A DNA stretch of 64,000 nt. Source: Candidatus Bathyarchaeota archaeon. GTDB taxonomy: Archaea > Thermoproteota > Bathyarchaeia > Bathyarchaeales > Bathycorpusculaceae. The notes under the pieces are model-generated. The model saw nothing but the letters and a program-made list of their open reading frames with translations. It made no database searches and was not told the origin of the DNA. Below are positions 30,626 through 38,596 of the stretch, piece after piece. Position 1 is the stretch's first letter; the number at the start of each line of letters is the position of its first letter. The stretch is from assembly GCA_963777155.1 (NCBI GenBank), contig CAVZPM010000011.1, forward strand, positions 1 to 64,000. Reading direction: 5' to 3'. A program made the translations under genes and the position numbers.

Positions 30626-31037
30626 ATTTTCTGTTCGACTCCAAAAGTTGAGCTTCTAAACCGCGATAATCAACGTAGTCTGAGAAAAGCTCCTTGTAGA
30701 TTTTAACGCCAGAAATGATACTTCTTAACCGTAAAACTTCGTTTTGCTCTAAACCAGGAGTCTCTAATGCAGTTAAAGCCGCACTTAACGTCTTTAAAGC
30801 TGTTTCTACGCTTGGAAGCTCTGCAGGTAAGGACAGCTTTAAGTTAAAAGAAGAAGAAGCACCCTGCACGCGACCTTCTTCTTCTTTTAAACCTAAATCA
30901 AGCATCTTCTGGTAAATAGCATTCTTAGAATACTTACCCTCAAAACTGAAAACTAGAGAGTCGAGACTAACGCCCATCTCTACCCAATCCTTAAGCTTCT
31001 TTTCATCTTCAATGTCCCATGGTTTGCCTTTAGTCAT
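30585..31037 (-). CDS. HTH (GcrA/Myb-like) plus helical protein, candidate small terminase partner
   Basis: KPWDIEDEKKLKDW...SKNAIYQKMLDLGL; overlaps the terminase ORF. Confidence 0.65.
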   Translation of the reverse strand: MTKGKPWDIEDEKKLKDWVEMGVSLDSLVFSFEGKYSKNAIYQKMLDLGLKEEEGRVQGASSSFNLKLSLPAELPSVETALKTLSAALTALETPGLEQNEVLRLRSIISGVKIYKELFSDYVDYRGLEAQLLESNRKYAEVIKKSQNPKS

Positions 31038-31130
31038 GTTTTTTGCCCCACAAACAACCCAACGACCCTCCGCTCAGTCTAGTAATTGAAGCGAAAATCT
31101 CGGCATTCCACATATGCAATAAAATAGTCA
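31034..31130 (-). pseudogene. remnant of a small hydrophobic ORF coupled by an ATGA overlap to the HTH gene
   Basis: LLHMWNAEIFASITRLSG, then in a shifted frame VVGLFVGQKT* with the TGA overlapping ATG 31037. Confidence 0.4.
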
Positions 31131-31533
31131 TGGGTACTCTTCGAATCTTTGAAGGATTATCAGATATCATCTTAAGAATACTATAGGGCAAAACAATCGA
31201 AAGACGCTCTAATGCACGCTTGTAGCTTTTGAATTTAGTTTTTGCACCATCTTGGTTATACGTTTCATTCGTTGGCATGAAAATCAATGGCTGAGTGGGG
31301 TAGAAAACTGATATAGCTTATTAGCCCATTTGGGTCAATAACGCTTAAATGGCAATTCAGGCAAAATTTTTACAGCTGTTTTTTGTTGTAACTATTTTGA
31401 ACATTTCTACTGCGTGACCAAAAAGAGGTTGAATAGGTGAACTCGAGCAAATTCTTGGATTTAACAGCAACTTTTTAAGTTTAAAGCCGCTTATTTTTGC
31501 TATCTGCTTGTTATACTTATAGGAGAACAAAAA

Positions 31534-31860
31534 GTGGAAATAAGCCGAAAAAACCTGCGCAACGAAGTTTTGGAACGCGTCAAATACGTCAAAACATGTG
31601 TGATGGCACGAGAACTTTGTTTGCTGGTCCGCACAAACAGAGCAGTTTTAGAACCAAAAGACGTTCAAGAAATCTGCCAGCATATCTCAGGTCTATGCAA
31701 AGAAGAAGGATGCAGTGAACCTAGCGAACTATGCACAAAAGCCGCTCACGCTCTCAGCAAAGCGGAAGAAGAGAAATACCTAGAGTTGTGTTCGCAGAGT
31801 TGCGCTAAATGTGGCGAAGCAAAACGACCGCACCCCAAAAAAGACGCTTACGTGGCATAG
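31534..31860 (+). CDS. Cys-rich hypothetical protein
   Basis: 108 aa with 9 Cys including C-terminal CSQSCAKC. Confidence 0.65.
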   Translation: MEISRKNLRNEVLERVKYVKTCVMARELCLLVRTNRAVLEPKDVQEICQHISGLCKEEGCSEPSELCTKAAHALSKAEEEKYLELCSQSCAKCGEAKRPHPKKDAYVA

Positions 31861-31893
31861 CAACATGTACGTCTATCTTTTAGAGAAATAAAG

Positions 31894-32370
31894 ATGTTTA
31901 TCGCTCCTTTTGTTCCAAGCCCAACACCTGTCGTAGAATACATGCTTAAACTGGCAGATCTAAAAGCAGGCGAAGTCCTCTTTGACATGGGTTCAGGCGA
32001 CGGCAGAACCGTGATTATGGCTGCAAAGACTTTTGGCGCTCGAGGCGTAGGCATCGAGATGCGTGAAGATTTAGCCAAAAAAGCAATGTGTTCAATTCAT
32101 GAGCAACATCTCGATGACCGCATAACAATCATGAACGATGACATGTTCAACGTAAACCTGTCCGCAGCAGACGTGGTCTACTTGTATCTGACAACGAGTG
32201 CAAATGAGAAAGTTAAACCCAAACTCGAAAGCGACCTCAAGAAAGGTGCACGCGTGGTTTCCCATGACTATGAGATTATTGGTTGGCGTCCAACTAAAGT
32301 TGAGAACTTCTGCGAAAACCCCCAGCTCGGCTACCCCTCCCACACGATTTACCTCTACAGAAAACCCTAA
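31894..32370 (+). CDS. class I SAM-dependent methyltransferase
   Basis: APFVPSP, DMGSGDGR, VYLYL, RVVSHDY. Confidence 0.88.
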   Translation: MFIAPFVPSPTPVVEYMLKLADLKAGEVLFDMGSGDGRTVIMAAKTFGARGVGIEMREDLAKKAMCSIHEQHLDDRITIMNDDMFNVNLSAADVVYLYLTTSANEKVKPKLESDLKKGARVVSHDYEIIGWRPTKVENFCENPQLGYPSHTIYLYRKP

Positions 32371-32519
32371 TCCTTCAACGTGTTTTTGACCTGGAAAAGC
32401 TCTAATAAAACCAGCCCCCTGAGACTGTTTTTAAGTTTTTCTTTGCCTCATCAACGAAAACTGTTTCTTTAGTGGGAATAAATTTAATTCGCTCTTTATC
32501 TTTTTTGAGGTGATTTAAG

Positions 32520-33035
32520 ATGCAGTTTGTTCCATGGCAGAACGTTGCGGATTGGCGTTGCAAAGCTTGCGGTTACTGTTGCAAACTCTATAGCGTCGTG
32601 CTGGGTTTTCCTGAGTGGTTAAACATCTCTAAAACATTCGGCACAGAAACCACAGTTTCAGGCTTAAACCGCTTCTACATCAAACGCACAAGCGACGGCT
32701 CCTGCGGATTTCTCTGCAACAAAACAAATTCCTACTACTGCGGGTTGCAAGGCATGAAACCGGAAGCCTGTAAAATCTGGCCTTTCAAAGTTCTCGCTGA
32801 ACCAAAGTACGGCGAACCCAACCAAGCAGCATACGATTACCATGGAGTGCGACTATATGTTTACGCAGACACCATGTGCAGTGGCTTGCGATATGGCGCG
32901 CCAACTTGGGATTTTCGCTACACTACAATAAAAGAATTCACAGAACTCGCACTGGGCTTGAGGCAAATACAGTACAAGACCACTCGGGCAATCGGCGTTG
33001 GTCAGAACCAGTGGGGTAGACAGCTGTTCCAATAG
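32520..33035 (+). CDS. YkgJ family cysteine cluster protein
   Basis: CKACGYCC, CGFL, KPEACKIWPF. Confidence 0.85.
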   Translation: MQFVPWQNVADWRCKACGYCCKLYSVVLGFPEWLNISKTFGTETTVSGLNRFYIKRTSDGSCGFLCNKTNSYYCGLQGMKPEACKIWPFKVLAEPKYGEPNQAAYDYHGVRLYVYADTMCSGLRYGAPTWDFRYTTIKEFTELALGLRQIQYKTTRAIGVGQNQWGRQLFQ

Positions 33036-33099
33036 CTTACAGTTTGGGGAAGGCTTAAAACCTAACCGTGCATCTCTAAAATGGCAAAGAGGAATTACT

Positions 33100-33981
33100 T
33101 TGAAGGTTATCTCTGGTCCAGCATCTAAAGAGCTCGCTGAAGCAGTTTCGGCGCAAACTGGTTACCCAAACGTTCCTGTTGTCGCCAAGATTTTCCCAGA
33201 TGGAGAGTCATATGTCCGCTTAGATGGGAATGTGCAGGGTGAAGAGGTCGCTATTATACAGACTACTTGTCCTCCGGCGCAGGATGGGCGGCTTTTCCAG
33301 TTGGCATTCATGGCTGACTCAGCTAAGCGTGCAGGCGCAAAAAAAGTCACCGCCGTCGTACCTTATTTGGCGTATGCTAGGCAGGACAAAATGTTCCTAT
33401 CAGGCGAGGGCATAAGCGTTGAAACCATCGGGCGCATGCTCAAAGCCGCTGGAATAGACGAGTTTCTAACGGTAAACATCCACTCAGAGACAACACTTGG
33501 GCAGTTTCCGTTTCCAGCCAAGACACTAAGCGCCATCCCCCTTATTGCAAACTACTTCGTTAAAAAAGGCTACAAAGGTGCATACGCCCTATCACCCGAC
33601 AAAGGTGCCATGTACATCGCACAGCAAGCCCAAACCGTTTTAGGCGGCGACGCTGGGCACCTTAGCAAAAACCGCGACCGCTACACAGGCCAAACCGTTC
33701 AAACCGCTGAAGGCTTAAACGTCAAAGACCAAACCGTCGTAATCCTCGACGACATCATTAGCACAGGCGGCACCATTGTTGGAGCAGCAAAAATCCTTCG
33801 TGAAAACGGCGCCAAACATGTCTTCTGCGGATGCGTCCACGGATTGCTCATCGGAGACGCTGAGAAGCGGATACTTGATGCGGGTGTAGAAGAGATTGTT
33901 GGAACAGATAGTGTCCCTGGAAACATTAGTAAAGTTTCTCTTGCGCCTCTTATTAGTCAAGCTTTGAAAGGCGCTGTTTAG
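33100..33981 (+). CDS. prs: ribose-phosphate pyrophosphokinase
   Basis: FPDGE, PYLAYARQDK, SPDKGA, DDIISTGGT. Confidence 0.95.
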   Translation: MKVISGPASKELAEAVSAQTGYPNVPVVAKIFPDGESYVRLDGNVQGEEVAIIQTTCPPAQDGRLFQLAFMADSAKRAGAKKVTAVVPYLAYARQDKMFLSGEGISVETIGRMLKAAGIDEFLTVNIHSETTLGQFPFPAKTLSAIPLIANYFVKKGYKGAYALSPDKGAMYIAQQAQTVLGGDAGHLSKNRDRYTGQTVQTAEGLNVKDQTVVILDDIISTGGTIVGAAKILRENGAKHVFCGCVHGLLIGDAEKRILDAGVEEIVGTDSVPGNISKVSLAPLISQALKGAV

Positions 33982-35054
33982 TGCCTAAACTCTTCTTTTT
34001 ACTCTCAGGCGAGAACGAGTCGCTGCCAGCCGCAGAAATTAAGGCAATTTTAGAAACAGAAGGCTACACCTACGAGAATGTAGAAGAGTTTGATCAGGTT
34101 CTGCGGTTAGAAGCCGAACTCGAATGTGTTAGAGTTGTTCCAGTCCGTTCCGCTTTCACGCGAGTCTGTGCACAGGAGCTCTTCGTATCCAACGCAAACA
34201 TGAGCGACATCGCCAAAATCGCCGCCGGGACAGACTTCAAAAGTATACTGAAACCTGGCGAAAGCTTTGTAGTCCGCATAAACCGAATCAAAAACTATGC
34301 CGACCAAGCCATAAACACCATGACTCTTGAGGTTGAACTGGGCAAACAAATCCTCAGAGCTACAGAGGGCACAAGAGTAAACCTGAAAAACCCTGATAAA
34401 ACTTTTATTGGCATAATAACTAATGAAAAACTTGTTTTAGGATTAAAACTAACCGATATAACCTCCAAAACCTTCTCGGAGCGGCGTCCACGCAAAAAAC
34501 CCTTCTTCCACCCCTCAGCCATGCCATCTAAAATGGCACGATGCATGGTTAATTTGGCACATGCCAAGGCTGAGTCGATTCTGCTGGACCCTTTTTGCGG
34601 CACAGGGACGTCCCTTATCGAAGCCACCTACATCGGCTGCCGAGCAGTCGGCATAGATGCGCAAAAACGAATGATTTTAGGCACCAAAAAAAACCTACAA
34701 TTCTTCAACATCGCCGCAGAAGGTCTGGTACATGCAGATTCTCGCAAAATCCCGTTATTAAAAGTTGACGTCATCGTAACTGATCCACCATATGGGCGTT
34801 CCTCGAGTACACTCAAATCCACTACCAAACAGCTAGTCCAACAAGTCTTAACTACTTCATATGAGCTTCTGGGTTTGGGACAACGGATTTGTATAGCTTT
34901 GCCTATAATGGTGAACGGAGAAGGTAAAATTTTGCAAATGTCTACTGAAGTAAGCGAACTCGTTGAAAATCTTGGCTTTCGCACAATTGAATCTCACAAG
35001 GTTTTTGTTCACCGATCTTTAACTAGGGAAATCATGGTTTACGAAAAGGAATAG
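33981..35054 (+). CDS. trm11: THUMP-domain tRNA m2G10 methyltransferase
   Basis: THUMP domain, RKKPFFHP, DPFCGTG, TDPPYG, HRSLTR. Confidence 0.9.
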   Translation: MPKLFFLLSGENESLPAAEIKAILETEGYTYENVEEFDQVLRLEAELECVRVVPVRSAFTRVCAQELFVSNANMSDIAKIAAGTDFKSILKPGESFVVRINRIKNYADQAINTMTLEVELGKQILRATEGTRVNLKNPDKTFIGIITNEKLVLGLKLTDITSKTFSERRPRKKPFFHPSAMPSKMARCMVNLAHAKAESILLDPFCGTGTSLIEATYIGCRAVGIDAQKRMILGTKKNLQFFNIAAEGLVHADSRKIPLLKVDVIVTDPPYGRSSSTLKSTTKQLVQQVLTTSYELLGLGQRICIALPIMVNGEGKILQMSTEVSELVENLGFRTIESHKVFVHRSLTREIMVYEKE

Positions 35055-35071
35055 CCATTTCTCCTCTATTT

Positions 35072-36160
35072 CTATTCGATCACTGGTTCAACCAATACCA
35101 GCTTGCCTTTTTCAGTTTGCAGTGTTTGGAGAATTTTTTCGGGGATTTGGATAATTCCTTTGGCGTTAGATTTTGTGTCGTTTATTGCTCTAAACTTGCA
35201 AATGGTCTTTTTGCCATCCGAGGCTTCGATGTTTACCCTTGTGATTTGTTTGCCCTTATAGAGATCGTTCCATCTTGTTATTACTTCACCGTCGATCCGC
35301 ACGGTATCAGTTGGTACAAGTAAACCCATGATTTTTTGAACCAAGAACTGATTTTTGGGCGGCTGTGAATGATTAGGTTCAGAACTTAAAGATACAGGTA
35401 GGTCAGTTTTGGATTCAGGATCAGCTATTTTCCCAGTAGGCACAACTTTTTCCTTGGTCCCTTTACGTTGAGGCGTCGGTTTGTTCATTTGCTCTCGTAT
35501 TATCATGCCATCTCGCATCTCAAACACTTTACTAGTCATACTAGCAATTGATGGGTCATGAGTAACTATAATGACTGTTGCGCCCTCATGGTTGGATAGA
35601 TCTCGGAGTGCGTTTACAACTTCTTTGCCTGTTTTAGAATCTAAGTCGCCTGTAGGCTCATCTGCCAAGACAATGGAGGGCTTGTTTGCGAGTGCTCTGA
35701 CAATTGCTACACGTTGTTGCTCTCCACCGCTCAGTTCATCAGGCCTATGATGAATACGATCTGCTAACCCAACCATTTTCAGTAACTCTTTTGCTCTATT
35801 TTCCCGTTCTTTTGATGTTACACCCGCAATTAACATGGGTAATTCGACGTTTTCAATGGCTGATAAGACAGGAATTAAATTATAAAATTGAAATATGAAT
35901 CCGATAGTTCTTCGCCGGAGCTCCGTTAAGTCTCTTTCTTTCAGCAGGGTTAGGTCTATTCCGTCAACATAGATTTTGCCTTGGGTGGGTTTATCCAAAA
36001 CACCGATTAAATTGAGAAGGGTTGTTTTGCCTGAACCAGAAGGACCCGTAAAAGCGACAAACTCGCCCTTCTGGAGCTCCAAGTTGACTCCTCTTAAAGC
36101 TTGAACTTGGTTTTCTCCAAGTTTGTATGTTTTTTGGACTTCAACGACTTTGACAGACAT
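35072..36160 (-). CDS. LolD/MacB-type ABC ATPase with an extra C-terminal domain
   Basis: GPSGSGKT, LSGGEQQRV, ADEPTG, VTHD, then a linker and a ~90 aa domain. Confidence 0.9.
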   Translation of the reverse strand: MSVKVVEVQKTYKLGENQVQALRGVNLELQKGEFVAFTGPSGSGKTTLLNLIGVLDKPTQGKIYVDGIDLTLLKERDLTELRRRTIGFIFQFYNLIPVLSAIENVELPMLIAGVTSKERENRAKELLKMVGLADRIHHRPDELSGGEQQRVAIVRALANKPSIVLADEPTGDLDSKTGKEVVNALRDLSNHEGATVIIVTHDPSIASMTSKVFEMRDGMIIREQMNKPTPQRKGTKEKVVPTGKIADPESKTDLPVSLSSEPNHSQPPKNQFLVQKIMGLLVPTDTVRIDGEVITRWNDLYKGKQITRVNIEASDGKKTICKFRAINDTKSNAKGIIQIPEKILQTLQTEKGKLVLVEPVIE

Positions 36161-36207
36161 TTTTTTGTCCTCAAAACTGTTAAATATGTATTGGTCAACG
36201 AGTAATC
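36119..36207. repeat. 89-bp direct repeat, copy 1 (ATPase 5' end and upstream region)
   Basis: identical to 38056-38144; similarity decays over about 55 further bp. Confidence 0.9.
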
Positions 36208-36362
36208 GTAAGGTTGTTTTGATTAAAAAAGGTTAGGGGAACCGAAAAATTGAAGGCAGAAAAGTCCTTATGTTCGAAAACGAATTTTTGTGGAGTAGTA
36301 ATTCATAAAATATATTAGAAAACTACCATGGAAACTAGTGCTGGCAAAGAATAGGTGAGTAG

Positions 36363-36530
36363 ATGAAAAAGACAAATCAGGAAATTGATTACGTTGAAGC
36401 CATTCTTGCAATGAGAACAATGCTGTCACTAAACCATGCTCATGTTCATAAATCAGACATGAGAGACTTTGTTTGTATCGAGGCTATTAATAATAATTGC
36501 ATAGAACAATCTATCAAAAAGCAAAATTGA
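36363..36530 (+). CDS. 55 aa hypothetical protein
   Basis: GGTGAG RBS; MKKTNQEIDYVEAILAMRTML... Confidence 0.4.
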   Translation: MKKTNQEIDYVEAILAMRTMLSLNHAHVHKSDMRDFVCIEAINNNCIEQSIKKQN

Positions 36531-36672
36531 TTGTACTACTAAAGTAACTGTAAAAACAGTATAATAACGACTTATTACTTCTGTATTTCATGTTCTGGAA
36601 TTTCCGACTATGTAAATGAGACCGCAAGTCCTAAGGGCTTTGTTGCTTAGTTAAGTTACCATTGTTTGTGGT

Positions 36673-37869
36673 TCATTTCCTTTGTTTTTTGATGACTAAT
36701 ACCACGGTGCTTGTAATGGTCGCTACTGCTACTATGGCTGCTATGGCGTAGATTGTTTCTGGAGGTGTAATGTTTGTTGTTGCGTTTGTAGTTTCAGGCT
36801 TCGTCATTGGAGTTGACGTAGGTGCAAGTTTCGGGGTCGGGGTCAAAGTTAGTGGGGACGTTGGAGTTTTTGTTGGGGTGGGAAGCGGTGTTGGTTCAGC
36901 AATTGGAGTAGGTACTGCTGTCGGAGTTGGTGTTGGAGTGGGTGTTGGGGCTTGAGTTGGGGTAGGCGTAGGTGTAGGTGGTTGCGTAGACGTCTGAGTC
37001 GGGGTAGGAAATGGAGTTGGTGAAGGCGATTGGAAAAACGAGGACAGAAAAGATAGGACCGCAGATAATGTTTCTTGATGTTGCTGGTCAACAGTTATAT
37101 TCGCTGTTTCGCTGCCTACTATTGGGATAAGAGGATCGACTATTCCTTCAACATTAACCATGTTTTGGTCTAAATATTGAATATGGTTTCCGCCTTGAAG
37201 AATCGTCAAATTCTTGTTTGGAGCTTGAAGTTCAGTATTGTAGTATTGGATTGCTGAACTGTACATCGTTTTTTCTTCGCTTCCTAAAATTATTTGTATT
37301 GGAACAGAAAATGTGGTTGGTTTTGGAAGCGGATACCCTGAAAGGTCAAATGGTGGAGACCATGCTGAAACCGCTCTAATTCTGTTGTCTGCGGTCGCCG
37401 TTACTAAAGCTGATAAGGCACCCAAACTATGTCCCATAGCTATTATTTTGTCGAAGTCTGCTTTTCCAGCAAGTTGCGATTGCATTTCCAGTGCACTGAT
37501 GCAATTGAAAGCGGCAATGTAAACAGAAACTCGCTGTGAAATGTTACCTATTAAGTCTGCAAACATTCCGTCTGGAATTTCAAGCATAACAAGAATGTAA
37601 CCTGCATCAGTGAAGGGCCGATACGTCCAACTATACCACGTGTTTGATGAAGCAAAACCGTGAAGAAACAGGATAACTGGAGCTTTAACCATACTTGATT
37701 TGTAATAGACAGTTGCGTGTCCTGTAAGATAAGTAAAGTTGAATGATTGGTAAGTACCCTGTGAATATACTGGTTTCACATAGACAAAAGACAGAGATGC
37801 AATCAAGATAATGAGTAACAAAGCAAGAAGTTTTTCACCTGTCCAGAAAGTGGAAGACGTGTTTTTCAC
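36673..37869 (-). CDS. secreted alpha/beta hydrolase with a Pro/Thr linker and C-terminal TM anchor
   Basis: signal peptide, FLHGF, GHSLG, GGNH, (PT)n linker, TM helix + KKQRK. Confidence 0.85.
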   Translation of the reverse strand: MKNTSSTFWTGEKLLALLLIILIASLSFVYVKPVYSQGTYQSFNFTYLTGHATVYYKSSMVKAPVILFLHGFASSNTWYSWTYRPFTDAGYILVMLEIPDGMFADLIGNISQRVSVYIAAFNCISALEMQSQLAGKADFDKIIAMGHSLGALSALVTATADNRIRAVSAWSPPFDLSGYPLPKPTTFSVPIQIILGSEEKTMYSSAIQYYNTELQAPNKNLTILQGGNHIQYLDQNMVNVEGIVDPLIPIVGSETANITVDQQHQETLSAVLSFLSSFFQSPSPTPFPTPTQTSTQPPTPTPTPTQAPTPTPTPTPTAVPTPIAEPTPLPTPTKTPTSPLTLTPTPKLAPTSTPMTKPETTNATTNITPPETIYAIAAIVAVATITSTVVLVIKKQRK

Positions 37870-38055
37870 TTCTCTGAAACTTAAGTCAATTTACTATTGG
37901 CGTCATTCTTATATAAAGTTAAATTTGACAATTGTTATCGCATTCTAGATTCCGACTATACTTATGTTTTAAGGTTTATGCCAAATCATAAATCGACAAG
38001 GAGAATAAGAAACGAGGAATTGCGGGTCAAGTCACTAAATACAATTGGTTTGTCG

Positions 38056-38144
38056 AAGTTTGTATGTTTTTTGGACTTCAACGACTTTGACAGACATTTT
38101 TTTGTCCTCAAAACTGTTAAATATGTATTGGTCAACGAGTAATC
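38056..38144. repeat. 89-bp direct repeat, copy 2 (orphan ATPase 5' fragment)
   Basis: identical to 36119-36207; encodes MSVKVVEVQKTYKL on the minus strand, then diverges. Confidence 0.9.
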
Positions 38145-38188
38145 ATAAGGCTGTTTTGATTATAGAAGGTTATAGGGGAACAGAAAAA

Positions 38189-38596
38189 GTGAAGGCGTCG
38201 AAAGCTGGAACTGTTGAATTATTGTTTATTTTTATTTTTGGAATTTTCCATTTTGCCTTGCCGTTTATTTTGACCCCAAATCCCAATGCAAAAATTAATT
38301 TGTTTGTAACGTTGAATATTTCGGACTTTGTGTTTCCTGGATGCTTTACTTTAGCAATCGTAAGTATCATTTTTTATGTAACACATAACCGTTATTTTGC
38401 AGTACTACTTGCATTCCTATACAGCGGAGGAATTTTTTTTCACTTGTTGTATTTTTTAGGTATTGTTGAATCGGTAATTATTGTTCCAAACAATATAATT
38501 TTGGCTATCGGCATTCCAGTTGATGCATTTGCGGTTGTGGCTACATATGATTATTACCGTCGGGTTCGCTCAATTCCCATGCTATTGCCTAATTGA
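38189..38596 (+). CDS. 4-TM hypothetical membrane protein
   Basis: probable GTG start after AGGGG; hydrophobic segments. Confidence 0.55.
   Translation: MKASKAGTVELLFIFIFGIFHFALPFILTPNPNAKINLFVTLNISDFVFPGCFTLAIVSIIFYVTHNRYFAVLLAFLYSGGIFFHLLYFLGIVESVIIVPNNIILAIGIPVDAFAVVATYDYYRRVRSIPMLLPN

Noticed and set aside
29100-31444. GTGAACTC on both sides of the terminase module as a target-site duplication
   Set aside because: Only 8 bp with no terminal inverted repeats; compatible with chance.
28131-31500. A provirus
   Set aside because: No portal, capsid, tail, integrase or att-tRNA; only the terminase module is present.
36830-37030. GGTGTTGG/GGAGT-like periodic repeats as a CRISPR or tandem-repeat element
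   Set aside because: They encode the Pro/Thr linker of the hydrolase; there is no constant repeat with unique spacers.
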